A DNA stretch of 64,000 nucleotides from an uncultured bacterium. Its GTDB lineage: Bacteria > Oederibacteriota > PGYV01 > CAWJRG01. Positions 41,023-50,607 of this stretch are shown here, one piece after another. Location of the stretch: positions 224,001 to 288,000 of the forward strand of contig CAWJRG010000005.1 of NCBI GenBank assembly GCA_963845185.1. Reading direction: 5' to 3'. The position numbers and the translations under genes were made by a program. A model generated the notes under the pieces. It saw only the letters and a program-made list of their open reading frames with translations, was not told the origin of the DNA and did not search any database. How positions within the stretch are numbered: position 1 is the first letter of the stretch; every line of letters begins with the position of its first letter.

Positions 41023-41766
41023 TCATCCTCCAGATTGGGAATTGTGCATTGTGGGTTTGCCGATTACCTGTTTGTCAAAAAAGGCAATCTCCCGTTTTGT
41101 CAGGAAGCGCCATTGCCCCGGCTCAAGGCCGTCTATATTTACCGTGCCTACGCTTGTGCGTTTGAGCCAGACTGGCGGTATTCCTGCGGCAGCCATCATT
41201 AATTTTACCTGATGGTTAATTCCTTCGGTAATCGTGATATAAATCACGTCATTTTTATTGTTGCGCTGGTAAATTCCAACGTCTTTTGCCTTCAAAAATC
41301 TCCCGCCTATTTTAATGCCTTTCTTTAATTTATTCAAGGCATAATCATTCAGCCTGCCCTTTATTTTGGCAACATATACTTTCCTTACCTCTGAACTCGG
41401 ATGCGTAATTTTATTTGCCCAGTCGCCGTCGTTTGTCAGAAGCAGGCAACCGGTGGTATTGTAATCAAGCCTTCCTGCAGGAAAAATACGCATATTCAGC
41501 CCTACAATGTCCGTAACCGTCTTTCTTCCCCTGTCGTCAGACACCGTGGTGACGCACCCCTGCGGCTTGTTAAGGACTATATAAACCATTCTTTCGGGCT
41601 TTATAAGTTTGCCTTCAAATTTTACCGCGTCTTTTCCAGGGTTCACTTCAAATCCCGGAGTTGTTATTGTATTGCCGTTTACCTTAATTTGCCCCTGAGA
41701 TATGAGTTCTTCAGCTTTTCTCCTTGAAGTTATGCCGCAGCGGGCAATATATTGTTGTAATTTCAT
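41023..41766 (-). CDS. rluB: S4-domain pseudouridine synthase (RluB/RsuA family)
   Basis: SRRKAE, LNKP, GRLD, LLTNDG; follows scpB. Confidence 0.85.
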   Translation of the reverse strand: MKLQQYIARCGITSRRKAEELISQGQIKVNGNTITTPGFEVNPGKDAVKFEGKLIKPERMVYIVLNKPQGCVTTVSDDRGRKTVTDIVGLNMRIFPAGRLDYNTTGCLLLTNDGDWANKITHPSSEVRKVYVAKIKGRLNDYALNKLKKGIKIGGRFLKAKDVGIYQRNNKNDVIYITITEGINHQVKLMMAAAGIPPVWLKRTSVGTVNIDGLEPGQWRFLTKREIAFFDKQVIGKPTMHNSQSGG

Positions 41767-42473
41767 TCTGTTCCTGTATCCCCTTCCGGCCCCGGCCTGC
41801 TTTCTGTTGCCTTACCGCCGTCCTGCCCAGGCTCAGCTTCCGGCTGCGGCTTTCCGACAGAACCAGCGCTTTCTTCTTCAAAATTAAATACGGTCTGGTT
41901 TTTGACGTTCGCAACCCTTTCTTCCCACTTTTCTATGTTTTCCTCTTTTTCGAGTATGTTCTTTATCTCGTCTATTTTAGGCAAATCCTCAAGCGAGTTT
42001 ATGCCCAGGTATTGCAGAAATTCCTTTGTTGTGCTAAATAGAAGCGGCCTGCCCGGCGAGTCTTTCCTGCCTGATATTTTTATAAGGTTTCTTTCAAGGA
42101 GGGTATGGTATACGCCGTCAGAATTTACGCCTCTTATAAGCTCCACTTCCTGTTTTGTAAGCGGCTGCTTGTAAGCTATTATCGAAAGCACCTCAAGTGA
42201 AGGTTTCGACAGCCTCGCGAGCATCTTGTTTTTATATAATTTCTTTATAAAAGGCGCGTATTCCGCGTTTGTAAGAAGCTCATAGCCGCCTCCTATCTCC
42301 CTTATGCTTATTGGCGACCCTGCCTCCTTAAACTGGATATTGAGCCTGTCAATGGCCTCTTCTGCTTCCTTTGGCTGGACCTCCAGCACCTCGGCTATAG
42401 TCGAAATCGGCAAAGGTTTGTCGCTTGTAAAAAGCAGAGCCTCTATTATTTTTTCAATCGGTTTATCCGGCAT
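41763..42473 (-). CDS. scpB: SMC-Scp complex subunit ScpB
   Basis: IEALLF, LSIIAYKQP, IRGV, PGRP..TT..FL; start placed at MPDKP. Confidence 0.93.
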   Translation of the reverse strand: MPDKPIEKIIEALLFTSDKPLPISTIAEVLEVQPKEAEEAIDRLNIQFKEAGSPISIREIGGGYELLTNAEYAPFIKKLYKNKMLARLSKPSLEVLSIIAYKQPLTKQEVELIRGVNSDGVYHTLLERNLIKISGRKDSPGRPLLFSTTKEFLQYLGINSLEDLPKIDEIKNILEKEENIEKWEERVANVKNQTVFNFEEESAGSVGKPQPEAEPGQDGGKATESRPGPEGDTGTE

Positions 42474-42550
42474 TTTTGTCCTTTTTTGTTGCAACGGTTT
42501 ATTGTTGTAGAAACGCCCCACCGGGTCGTCTCGACTTTATTAATAAAGAA

Positions 42551-43312
42551 TTATTCCTGGATGTTATTTAAAATCCCCATATCGATGTCTTTTTGTACGA
42601 GGATAATTTTTATGTCGTCAAAAATTTTTTCCTGATAAACGTTTATGACCCTTAAGCGCATGAGCTCCAGTATCGCGAGAAAAAGCGACACTACGTACAG
42701 CCTGCTTTTATTTTCACTTACAAGGCTGAAAAAACTTACGGATTCCGAATTTTTTAAAAGACCGATAAGCTCGTACATCCTGTCTTTCACCTTCATTGTC
42801 TCGCCCGGTATGAGGATAAGCCGCCTTTCCTTTATCCGGCCGAGCACTTCATCCATGGCTTTCACAAGCGCGTACATGTCGAGTGTAAGTTCCTTGTCCT
42901 GCGCGCTGATATTTATCGGGTAAAGTCTTTCAAACAAATCGCGTTTTCTCGCCTCAAACAGCTTCATTTTTTCCGATATTTCCTTGAAGGTGTTGTATTC
43001 TATGAGGTGCTGAACAAGGTCGAGCCTCGGGTCCTCTTCCTGATCCTCGACAAACTCGTCCTTGGGCAGAAGCATTTTTGACTTTATATAAATAAGCGTC
43101 GCCGCTATCACAATGAACTCGCTCGCAATGTCGAGATTGAGTTTTTTCATCATTTCAATATACGCGAGGTATTCCTCGGTAATCTTGGCTATTGGAATAT
43201 CGTAAATATCTATCTGGTTTTTCTTTATAAGGTATAAAAGCAGGTCAAAAGGGCCCTCAAATACCGCGAGCTTTAGCTGGTAATTTTCCTGTGCTGCCTG
43301 TGCCGCGCTCAT
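42551..43312 (-). CDS. scpA: Segregation/condensation protein ScpA
   Basis: FEGPFDLLLYLI, IKSKMLLP, EDPR, FLAILEL. Confidence 0.95.
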   Translation of the reverse strand: MSAAQAAQENYQLKLAVFEGPFDLLLYLIKKNQIDIYDIPIAKITEEYLAYIEMMKKLNLDIASEFIVIAATLIYIKSKMLLPKDEFVEDQEEDPRLDLVQHLIEYNTFKEISEKMKLFEARKRDLFERLYPINISAQDKELTLDMYALVKAMDEVLGRIKERRLILIPGETMKVKDRMYELIGLLKNSESVSFFSLVSENKSRLYVVSLFLAILELMRLRVINVYQEKIFDDIKIILVQKDIDMGILNNIQE

Positions 43313-44286
43313 ACTTCACTCAGGTGCATAAGTTTTCTCACATGCGTCATGGTTTCCTCTGCAGTTTTCCGCGCCTGTTTATTGCCTTCGGCCATTATTG
43401 ACGCAATATCGGCCTTTTCCACTTCTTTCCTTTTTTCCCTTATAGGCACAAGTCTCGCGTTTATTTTCGCCGCCAGGCTGTTTTTGCAGTCTACGCAGCC
43501 GAGCTTTCCTGCCTTGCAGTCAGCCACAAGCGCGTCGTATTCTTTTGAGTTATAAATCCTGTGAAACGCGTTGCCCGCGCATGTTTCTGGATGCCCCTGG
43601 TCGTTTTTTCTGATCTTCTGCGGGTCAGTGAACATCAGCCTCACTTTTTCATTCACGGTTTTATCATCGTCAGTTAAGAATATCGCGTTATCGTAACTCT
43701 TGCTCATTTTCCTGCCGTCAATGCCGGGCAGCTTCGGGAATTCGGTAAGAATTTCTTTTGGTTCGTTAAAATATTTGCCGTATAAATTATTGAACCTCCG
43801 CGCGATTTCGCGCGTGATTTCAAGATGCGGCCTCTGGTCCTCGCCTATTGGGACTTTGTCCGCATTATACACAAGTATATCCGCGGCCTGCAGTACCGGA
43901 TATCCCAGGAATCCGTAGGTTGAAAGGTCCCTGTCCTTTAGTTCCTGCCTCTGTTCTTTATAAGTCGGGTTTCTTTCAAGCCACGGCACAGGCACAAGCA
44001 TGCCGAGTAAAAGGTAAAGTTCAGCGTGTTCTTTTACAGACGACTGGACAAAAAGAACGGCCTGCGCCGGGTCAAGCCCGACACTGAGCCAGTCCTTGAA
44101 CATATCCAGCGTATTTTCACGCACATTTTCCGGTTTTTCATAAGTTGTCGTAAGCGCGTGCCAGTCTGCCACCATATAAAAGGCCCGGTATTTATCCTGC
44201 ATGTCTACATAGCTTTTTAACACACCTTCAAGATGGCCCAGGTGCAATTTACCTGTCGGCCTCATTCCGCTTAGTACGCTTTGCAT
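43309..44286 (-). CDS. trpS: Tryptophan--tRNA ligase
   Basis: SGMRPTGKLHLGH, YPVLQAADI, VPIGEDQ, KMSKS. Confidence 0.96.
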   Translation of the reverse strand: MQSVLSGMRPTGKLHLGHLEGVLKSYVDMQDKYRAFYMVADWHALTTTYEKPENVRENTLDMFKDWLSVGLDPAQAVLFVQSSVKEHAELYLLLGMLVPVPWLERNPTYKEQRQELKDRDLSTYGFLGYPVLQAADILVYNADKVPIGEDQRPHLEITREIARRFNNLYGKYFNEPKEILTEFPKLPGIDGRKMSKSYDNAIFLTDDDKTVNEKVRLMFTDPQKIRKNDQGHPETCAGNAFHRIYNSKEYDALVADCKAGKLGCVDCKNSLAAKINARLVPIREKRKEVEKADIASIMAEGNKQARKTAEETMTHVRKLMHLSEV

Positions 44287-44354
44287 ATTTTCTCCAATCA
44301 ACATTTTTGCATCAGCCCCAGGTATTCACAATCAGAGGCTTGGATACCCGAATT

Positions 44355-44984
44355 TTACATAAAAAATTTCATTAAAAGCATAATAAATTCAAATATGGGC
44401 CTGAATATAACGTTAAGCAGCCCTGTGACAAGAAGAATTATTACTATTATCATTCCCATCGGCTCAAGCCTGGCATATTTATATGCCAGATTTTCAGGCA
44501 GAAGCCCCATAATAATTTTTGACCCGTCAAGCGGCGGTACAGGTATCAGGTTAAAAGCAGCCAGCACAACATTTATGATCAGGTTTGCTTCCACAAAAGC
44601 CTGGAGCCCTGGCGACTGCAGCGCCGGCATAAATCCGGCTAATTTCCATATTAACAAGCCTACGATTGCGAGCAGTATGTTTGAACCCGGCCCTGCCAGA
44701 CTTACAAGCATCATGTCCCGCCTTGGATTTTTAAAATATCTCCAGTCCACAGGCACTGGTTTTGCCCCGCCAAGCACAAAAGGGGAATGAGTCAATATAA
44801 GGCCGACCGGCAGTATTATTGACCAGAATGGGTCTATATGGGGAAGCGGATTTAAAGTAAGCCTGCCCATGGTCTTTGCCGTGGGGTCTCCGAGTTTATA
44901 AGCTACGTAACCGTGTGATACTTCATGCACAATGACCGCAAGTATTAATACTATTATTTGTATTGCTATGCCCATTTTTTTCAC
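44355..44984 (-). CDS. Site-2 protease (M50)
   Basis: HEVSH, AGPGSN, NLIPVPPLDG. Confidence 0.93.
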   Translation of the reverse strand: MKKMGIAIQIIVLILAVIVHEVSHGYVAYKLGDPTAKTMGRLTLNPLPHIDPFWSIILPVGLILTHSPFVLGGAKPVPVDWRYFKNPRRDMMLVSLAGPGSNILLAIVGLLIWKLAGFMPALQSPGLQAFVEANLIINVVLAAFNLIPVPPLDGSKIIMGLLPENLAYKYARLEPMGMIIVIILLVTGLLNVIFRPIFEFIMLLMKFFM

Positions 44985-45107
44985 CTGATAAATTTTAAGT
45001 TGAATAATTATATCATATTTTAAAAATTAAGAAACCGTATTTTAACTGCCGCATTGCGTATATGAAACGATTAATATCTAGTAGATTACTGAAAAATTAT
45101 TTTAACG

Positions 45108-45203
45108 TGTCATTGCGAGAAGCGAAGCGACGAAGCAATCTCTCATTTAAAGAGAAAAACGAGATTGCTACGCCCATAAAAATAAAACGGGCTCGCAATG
45201 ACA
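45108..45203. repeat. GTCATTGCGAG-type palindromic repeat (RPE/REP-like), uninterrupted copy
   Basis: Terminal IR tgtcattgcgag/ctcgcaatgaca; inner IR agcaatctc/gagattgct. Confidence 0.85.
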
Positions 45204-45231
45204 AATTTCAGCGTTATTTTAGCAACTTCCC

Positions 45232-45268
45232 AAATAAAAAAGGCGGCTTAATGCCGCCTTTTTTATTT
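45232..45268. terminator. Bidirectional-type intrinsic terminator
   Basis: aaataaaaaaggcggc-ttaat-gccgccttttttattt. Confidence 0.85.
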
Positions 45269-45297
45269 GTATTAAAATGTTTCACAGTCACTATTTA

Positions 45298-45945
45298 CTA
45301 CTCACCCTCAGTTGCCGCTGCTGTAGCTGTAACTTTTACGGGCATTTCTTTGCTTATTTCTGATTTTGCTTTATTTTTCTTTTGTTTAACTTCTTGTTTT
45401 GCTTCCTGTGTATTCCCTTCAGCAGCTGTTTCTTCTCCGGTTGTGCCTTCTTTTGCTTCTGCCGAACCTGAGTTTTCCGATACAAATTTGGTAACCCATG
45501 CTATAAAATCCGTATTGCTTTGCAATTTCTGCGCTGATTCCTGTGGTTTTAAATCCGTTGCTTCGTCCAGCAGTTTTTTTGACTCATCTAAAAGCCCCAT
45601 TTGAGGGGTAAAAGCGTCTGCCATTTCCTTCTGAAAAGCTATTTTTTCTTCACTTGGCTCCATACCTGATAGTTTCTGGAGTTTTTCATCATAGCCTACG
45701 GCTGCCTTAAAAGTCTGAATAAGCAAATGTCCCGCGTTGTTAAGCTGCCAAGCCTGAATTTCCGTTTTCTTGAATTCCGCCGCTGAGTCAGCTGCTTTTT
45801 TGTAATTTGCCACGGCATTGTAAGTGTCGCCGGCCGCCTCTGCGTCTTTCGCCTTTTGTTTCGCGTCTTTGTAATCCTGCCATGTACCTGCATAGGCCAG
45901 TCCTGATAAAGCAAAAACAGAAATTAAAACGATAAGTTTTCTCAT
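45298..45945 (-). CDS. Secreted alpha-helical (TPR-like) hypothetical protein
   Basis: Signal peptide, AVANYKKA / AWQLNNAG helices; GGAGG SD; TTGACA-17-TACAAT upstream. Confidence 0.7.
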   Translation of the reverse strand: MRKLIVLISVFALSGLAYAGTWQDYKDAKQKAKDAEAAGDTYNAVANYKKAADSAAEFKKTEIQAWQLNNAGHLLIQTFKAAVGYDEKLQKLSGMEPSEEKIAFQKEMADAFTPQMGLLDESKKLLDEATDLKPQESAQKLQSNTDFIAWVTKFVSENSGSAEAKEGTTGEETAAEGNTQEAKQEVKQKKNKAKSEISKEMPVKVTATAAATEGE

Positions 45946-46030
45946 GTTTCCCTCCTTTTTAAAAATTTTAAATACTTATTGTATATTATTGTATAACAGA
46001 GGTAAAAAAATGTCAAAATGTTTTATTCTA

Positions 46031-47209
46031 TTATCCGGAAATTTTGCTTAAAACTTCGCTGATGCTTACTGAATCGCAGTCTCCGTCTTTTTTTTGGAGT
46101 ATTGTTATTTTATTTGGGCCTATCGGCGACCAGCGTTTCGCTGTGCTTGGCCCGAATATCGCGATGACATCCGTAACCAGGGACACTGCATGCATTATAC
46201 CGCTGTCATTGCATACAAACTTGTTAAACCTCTGCGCTGCTGCCATGATTCTTAATATGTCGTTATGCGGAAATATAAAGACGTCCTTGATTCCAGCTAT
46301 AAGCTGTCTGAAAGCTTGTATTTCATCCTGCTCCCCAATGCCGTAAACAACAACTATTTTAGCTTTGAACTTCCTCTGTACTGCTATAATTAAATCCCTG
46401 TAATTTTCCTTTTTCCACCTGTTGTCCTTTTTCTTCAATGTCGGATGCATGCCTATCACAAAGTCCCTGCCTGTTATGCCGCAGTTTTTATAAAAATCCC
46501 TGGCGTGCCCTTTGGATTCTACCGGCAAATCAAACTTCGGCATTGTATTTTTCCCTTTTGCCGTTATTTTTAAGGGTTTTAATAGCAGCATATCTTTAAT
46601 GCTTTCATGTAGGCTATCGTTGTTTAAAGCAATTCCTTTATTGAATATTTTATGGCCCAGCGGGTTTTTTGCGCCTGTTTTTTTATAACCTATCCTTACC
46701 CTGCACTTTGACGCCAGCGTCATGATGGCAGATGTAATTGAAAAAGGGTATGAATGGAAATTGATTGCCACATCGTATTTGCCGGCCATAAGGCGAACCG
46801 CGACTTTCAGAAAGGAAAAAAAGTTTTTGTTGTAGACTATTATTTCGTTGTTTGTGGAGCCACCTTTAAAAAAATTTCTATTATGCTCCCTCCCCGGAGT
46901 GCTATCCATCCCCGCCTCTATCAGCGGGGATTTTCGTGGAGCGGGATTAAAAAATAGCCGCGCAATATCCTCGCCCCTTTTACCTGCTACTATCGTGAGT
47001 TTCGCTTCTTTGCCAAGTTTGTCCTTTAGCATATTTATAGCCGGCACGGCAAGTATAAAATCGCCCAGCCTGTCCGGCCTGAGCACAAGCGCGGAATTTA
47101 TATTTTTTATGTCCGGTACAGGCGCGTTCCCGCCGTCCGGAATAAACATCCCAAGAAGGTTTATAAAACTATTTTTTATGATTTTTTCAATTGCTTTTAC
47201 TGGCTGCAA
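46031..47209 (-). CDS. Glycosyltransferase family 9 (heptosyltransferase-like) with ~30-aa insertion
   Basis: LRPDRLGDFIL, CNDSGIMH, IFGPS..RWSP. Confidence 0.88.
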   Translation of the reverse strand: MQPVKAIEKIIKNSFINLLGMFIPDGGNAPVPDIKNINSALVLRPDRLGDFILAVPAINMLKDKLGKEAKLTIVAGKRGEDIARLFFNPAPRKSPLIEAGMDSTPGREHNRNFFKGGSTNNEIIVYNKNFFSFLKVAVRLMAGKYDVAINFHSYPFSITSAIMTLASKCRVRIGYKKTGAKNPLGHKIFNKGIALNNDSLHESIKDMLLLKPLKITAKGKNTMPKFDLPVESKGHARDFYKNCGITGRDFVIGMHPTLKKKDNRWKKENYRDLIIAVQRKFKAKIVVVYGIGEQDEIQAFRQLIAGIKDVFIFPHNDILRIMAAAQRFNKFVCNDSGIMHAVSLVTDVIAIFGPSTAKRWSPIGPNKITILQKKDGDCDSVSISEVLSKISG

Positions 47210-47258
47210 TTTCTGCTCCCTCTGAATTATCTCCGATTATGTCGGAGGGTTCAAAAAC

Positions 47259-47520
47259 TTCCCTTCCCCCTCGACGGGAGTTCAATACCCCTGTGGGGTG
47301 TTGAACGGGTAGAAGTCATCTTAATACTCTCAAATATGTCCTTTCTACACACAGCCGGGATGGGGGTGAGGTAGCGGCTGATTCTGTATCACTTCACGCC
47401 AACATCAGATCCCAAAACTTCTTTTTCTTATTTTGCATTATATCTTTTAGCTTAATTCACTTAGTTGTTGCTGCTGCTTCACCCTCACTTTTTTCTCCTC
47501 TCCCGTCAAGGGAGAGGAGA
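47259..47520. repeat. Inverted pair of CCCTC..GAGGG-type REP-like repeats, left copy interrupted by element B
   Basis: cccttccccctcgacgggag..ccgggatgggggtga versus tcaccctcac..ctcctctcccgtcaagggagaggag. Confidence 0.7.
47278..47351 (+). mobile_element. Element B, divergent copy
   Basis: gttcaatacccc-tgt-ggggtgttgaac gggtagaag..ctttctac. Confidence 0.6.
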
Positions 47521-47552
47521 CCGCCCACTTTAGTCGGTGGATTAATTAGAAT

Positions 47553-48473
47553 TTAAAAAAATACCGCAAGCGAAAGCTTATGGTCAAATTCGTCCTGAGC
47601 AAGGATGGTTTCTTTTAAAAATGCGTAATCAAGCTGTACTAAAAAATTTGCTATCTGGTATTTTATCCCGCCGCCAAGGGTGTAGTTGGATTCATAACTT
47701 TTTATGTCGTAATACCCGCCTGCCCTGATAAAAAATATTTTTATGAAGGATGCTTCGACGCCGGACCTTAGTGTCACGCCTTCAAACTCGTTTTCCTCAG
47801 CATCGATTGACACCGAAAGCAACTCCGGCAAAGCATCGATTTTAGCGCCTATCTTCATGTCAAGGGGAATCTGCTCCGTTGTTCCCGTTGACCAGTTCAA
47901 AAAGTTTGCCAAATCCTGAAGCATTACTCCAAACTGTACTAAAGGGATCGGCCTTATCATGACTCCTACGTCGCAGCTGATGCCGAAAGCAGGCACGCCC
48001 GAGTTGTTTATTGACAATATTTTTAAATTACCTCCGACAGAAAACCCCTTTGTTAATTCCCGCGCATAAGTAACGAAAAAAGCATTTTCCGTATCCGACA
48101 AAGGCGTAAAAGCCTCGGTATCGGTCTGTCTGCCTTCAATGCCGCTTATTGAAAAATTAATCCAGTTCAGGGCAAAGCTGCCAATCTGCGAAGGATAAAT
48201 TAAATTAAAAAAATTGTACGATCTGTCCTCGGTCATCCATGAAACCATTGTATTAAGTGCCATCTGGTTTATATAAACAGTTGCTGCCGGGTTCCAGTAC
48301 GGCACCGAAGGGTCGTCAGAGTATGCGGTAAAAGCGCTGCCCAGTGCCAGTCCTCTTGCTCCCACACCGGCGCGTAAAAACGGAGCTGCCCCGCCGGCAG
48401 CTCCGGTGATGCCGAAAATACCGTCAGCCAGTAATAATGACACTACAATAGCAGTAAAAATTGTTTTCTTCAA
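47553..48473 (-). CDS. PorV/PorQ-family (FadL-like) outer-membrane barrel
   Basis: PFLRAGVGARGLALGSAFTA..D....YWNPA hatch motif; C-terminal aromatic strand. Confidence 0.82.
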   Translation of the reverse strand: MKKTIFTAIVVSLLLADGIFGITGAAGGAAPFLRAGVGARGLALGSAFTAYSDDPSVPYWNPAATVYINQMALNTMVSWMTEDRSYNFFNLIYPSQIGSFALNWINFSISGIEGRQTDTEAFTPLSDTENAFFVTYARELTKGFSVGGNLKILSINNSGVPAFGISCDVGVMIRPIPLVQFGVMLQDLANFLNWSTGTTEQIPLDMKIGAKIDALPELLSVSIDAEENEFEGVTLRSGVEASFIKIFFIRAGGYYDIKSYESNYTLGGGIKYQIANFLVQLDYAFLKETILAQDEFDHKLSLAVFF

Positions 48474-48526
48474 ATTCGAAACTCCCTTGCTTTCCGTTCA
48501 GAACCGGTTTACGCGTGCATAAAATG

Positions 48527-48557
48527 ATACAGGGCGGGCTTACCGCCCGCCCTGTAT
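48527..48557 (-). terminator. Hairpin (terminator or stabiliser) between FG-GAP cargo gene and PorV-like gene
   Basis: atacagggcgggc-ttacc-gcccgccctgtat. Confidence 0.6.
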
Positions 48558-48587
48558 ATTTGCCGCGTTCTGCCTGCGGCATGGATT

Positions 48588-50258
48588 TTATTTTACAACC
48601 GAGATTTTCTTTGTTACGGTCTTTGTCTTTGAAGCTACCCTTAAAATATACACCCCATTGGCCACGTTCGCACCGCTGTCATTTACGCAGTTCCACTGTA
48701 TTGCATTGACGCCGGCAATTACGTCTGCCGCGCTTAAATCTTTGTGCCATACTGTCCTGGCGTTTATATCAGTTATAATTATCTTGATATCCTGCGCGGT
48801 TACAAGCGGGAACCTTATTGTGGTTGTCCCCTTGCAGGGATTGGGATAGTTGTATACGTTTTTCTCCGACATCTCTTCGGTAATGTTTATCTTATAAACT
48901 GACTGTTTGCCCACATTGCCGGCAGAGTCCTTTACAGCCGCGGTAAATACCCACGGGCCGGTTTCAAGTCCGGATAATTTTATATCCGGTGAAGCGCTGA
49001 ATACAGCCTTGTCCGCTGAAAAAGCACCGGAATTTTTAGAAACACAGTACATGTATCCTGCTATGCCGTTTAAGTCGTCCTGCGCCTGCATATGTATTAC
49101 AGGAGAGTTGTCAGCGTACCACATGCTCTGTTCCGGATGGGACGAGGAACTGACCACCGGCGCAGCAGGCGGTTCCTGGTATATTACCCTAACTGTATTG
49201 GTCCTCATATGCGTGAACACTATATCATTCAGGCCGTCGCCGTTGACATCGCCCGCAGTAACTTCCACCGGGCCGAAAGTCTGGTCTTTATCGTCTGTTA
49301 CTTTATAGCTTTTTACCACCTGGAATACATTATCTTTCTGCATAATTATATCGATGCTGTCGCTGTCCCTGTCTGCCGTGATGATTTCATTCTTGCCCCC
49401 TCCTGTAACGTCAGCCACGCACATCCCGTTTGGCCTGAGGCCCGCCAGCTTTACAGTCGTTGTCAGCGTTAAGTTCGGCCCTTCAAGTATGGAAACCGTG
49501 TTATCGTAAAAATTCGCCGTTATAATATCGTTGCTGTCGTTGTTCATTACATTTGCTATTGCCACTTTGCAAGGCCCGCTTCCCGTTGCTATGTCCTTTT
49601 CCTTAACAAGCCCCGTGGCCGCGAGTTTTATGACGCTCACGTTTGCCGAGTTGTAGTTCGCGCTCACAACAACGTTTTCATTGCCTATTTTTCCCATGGC
49701 CACATCCGTGGGGTTCCCCGGCACCGGTATTTCCAGTTTCTGCGTATTTTTTGTCAGTTCATTCATTATAACGACAACTTTGCTGTCGTTATAAACCGCG
49801 CACGCTATGTCCGGCTGGCCGTTATTGTCCAGGTCGCCTATCGCCACTCCTACCGGATGTTTTCCGACTGCAATCGTGTCTTTTAATACTGGTGTGCCGT
49901 TTTCGTTCGTATATACCATTAAAGTGCCGTCATCGTAATTTGATATGACTAACATGCCGTTCCATATTGCCACGCCCCTCGGTGATTTCCCGGTCTGCAC
50001 CGGTATTGATAAAGCGTTGGTATTTGAAAAAATGGAAACAGACGAATTCGGCGTGTTTGAAGTATCCTGGCCTATCAGCGTGCCTGCCCCGAAATTTGCG
50101 ACAATTACCTGGTTTTTCCCGTTTGCAATTAAATCCCCTATGGCAATTCCCCTGGGACATACACCCGTTGACACTGTAGTAATATTTGACAGGTTATTCG
50201 CGTTAACTGTCCCAAAAACCAAAAGAACTACTGCTAAAACAACCATTGTTTTTTTCAT
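48588..50258 (-). CDS. Secreted FG-GAP/VCBS beta-propeller protein with C-terminal YPNP/FlgD-Ig sorting domain
   Basis: GDLDNNGQPD and GDVNGDGLND repeats; C-terminal VYNYPNP..W..VNDSG..VANGVY. Confidence 0.85.
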   Translation of the reverse strand: MKKTMVVLAVVLLVFGTVNANNLSNITTVSTGVCPRGIAIGDLIANGKNQVIVANFGAGTLIGQDTSNTPNSSVSIFSNTNALSIPVQTGKSPRGVAIWNGMLVISNYDDGTLMVYTNENGTPVLKDTIAVGKHPVGVAIGDLDNNGQPDIACAVYNDSKVVVIMNELTKNTQKLEIPVPGNPTDVAMGKIGNENVVVSANYNSANVSVIKLAATGLVKEKDIATGSGPCKVAIANVMNNDSNDIITANFYDNTVSILEGPNLTLTTTVKLAGLRPNGMCVADVTGGGKNEIITADRDSDSIDIIMQKDNVFQVVKSYKVTDDKDQTFGPVEVTAGDVNGDGLNDIVFTHMRTNTVRVIYQEPPAAPVVSSSSHPEQSMWYADNSPVIHMQAQDDLNGIAGYMYCVSKNSGAFSADKAVFSASPDIKLSGLETGPWVFTAAVKDSAGNVGKQSVYKINITEEMSEKNVYNYPNPCKGTTTIRFPLVTAQDIKIIITDINARTVWHKDLSAADVIAGVNAIQWNCVNDSGANVANGVYILRVASKTKTVTKKISVVK

Positions 50259-50271
50259 GTTTTTCCTCCTT

Positions 50272-50433
50272 AGAGTCCGTTGATTTTGCTGAGCGTCAAC
50301 AGCGCAAGCAAAATCTTACGGAGTCTTATACCCGCTCCAGTCCCGAACTTGCCAAGAGTCAAATAGTCCAATGGACTATTTGACGGGTAGTTTCCAAAAT
50401 TTATTATCATCTAAAAACTACCCTGAAGCGGTG
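50272..50433 (-). repeat. Family A double hairpin carrying element B (FG-GAP gene leader)
   Basis: tccg-taa-gattttgct..agcaaaatc-aa-cgga next to AAGGAGG SD. Confidence 0.88.
50356..50424 (+). mobile_element. Element B inserted in family A repeat
   Basis: gtcaaatagtcc-aat-ggactatttgac gggtagttt..aaactaccc. Confidence 0.72.
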
Positions 50434-50453
50434 TTCCTACTTTTACTTATATA

Positions 50454-50482
50454 ATTATATATCCTATTATCCTGATTGTCAA
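50454..50482 (-). promoter_or_regulatory. Consensus sigma70 promoter
   Basis: TTGACA (50482-50477), 17 nt, TATAAT (50459-50454). Confidence 0.75.
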
Positions 50483-50542
50483 GACTGTCTAAAAATTTGT
50501 ATTACGTTCCTAAAAGTGATATAAAAATATGTCTATAATAAC

Positions 50543-50576
50543 AAAACCCCGGTTGCTGAAAAACAACCGGGGTTTT
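50543..50576 (-). terminator. Intrinsic terminator
   Basis: aaaaccccggttg..caaccggggtttt downstream of the OMP gene. Confidence 0.85.
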
Positions 50577-50607
50577 ATATTGCGAAAGCTTTAAAAAATA
50601 TGCTTAT

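Noticed and set aside
45062..45604. 180-aa + strand ORF
   Set aside because: It is a read-through of the GTCATTGCGAG repeat and terminator, then antisense to the real gene at 45298-45945
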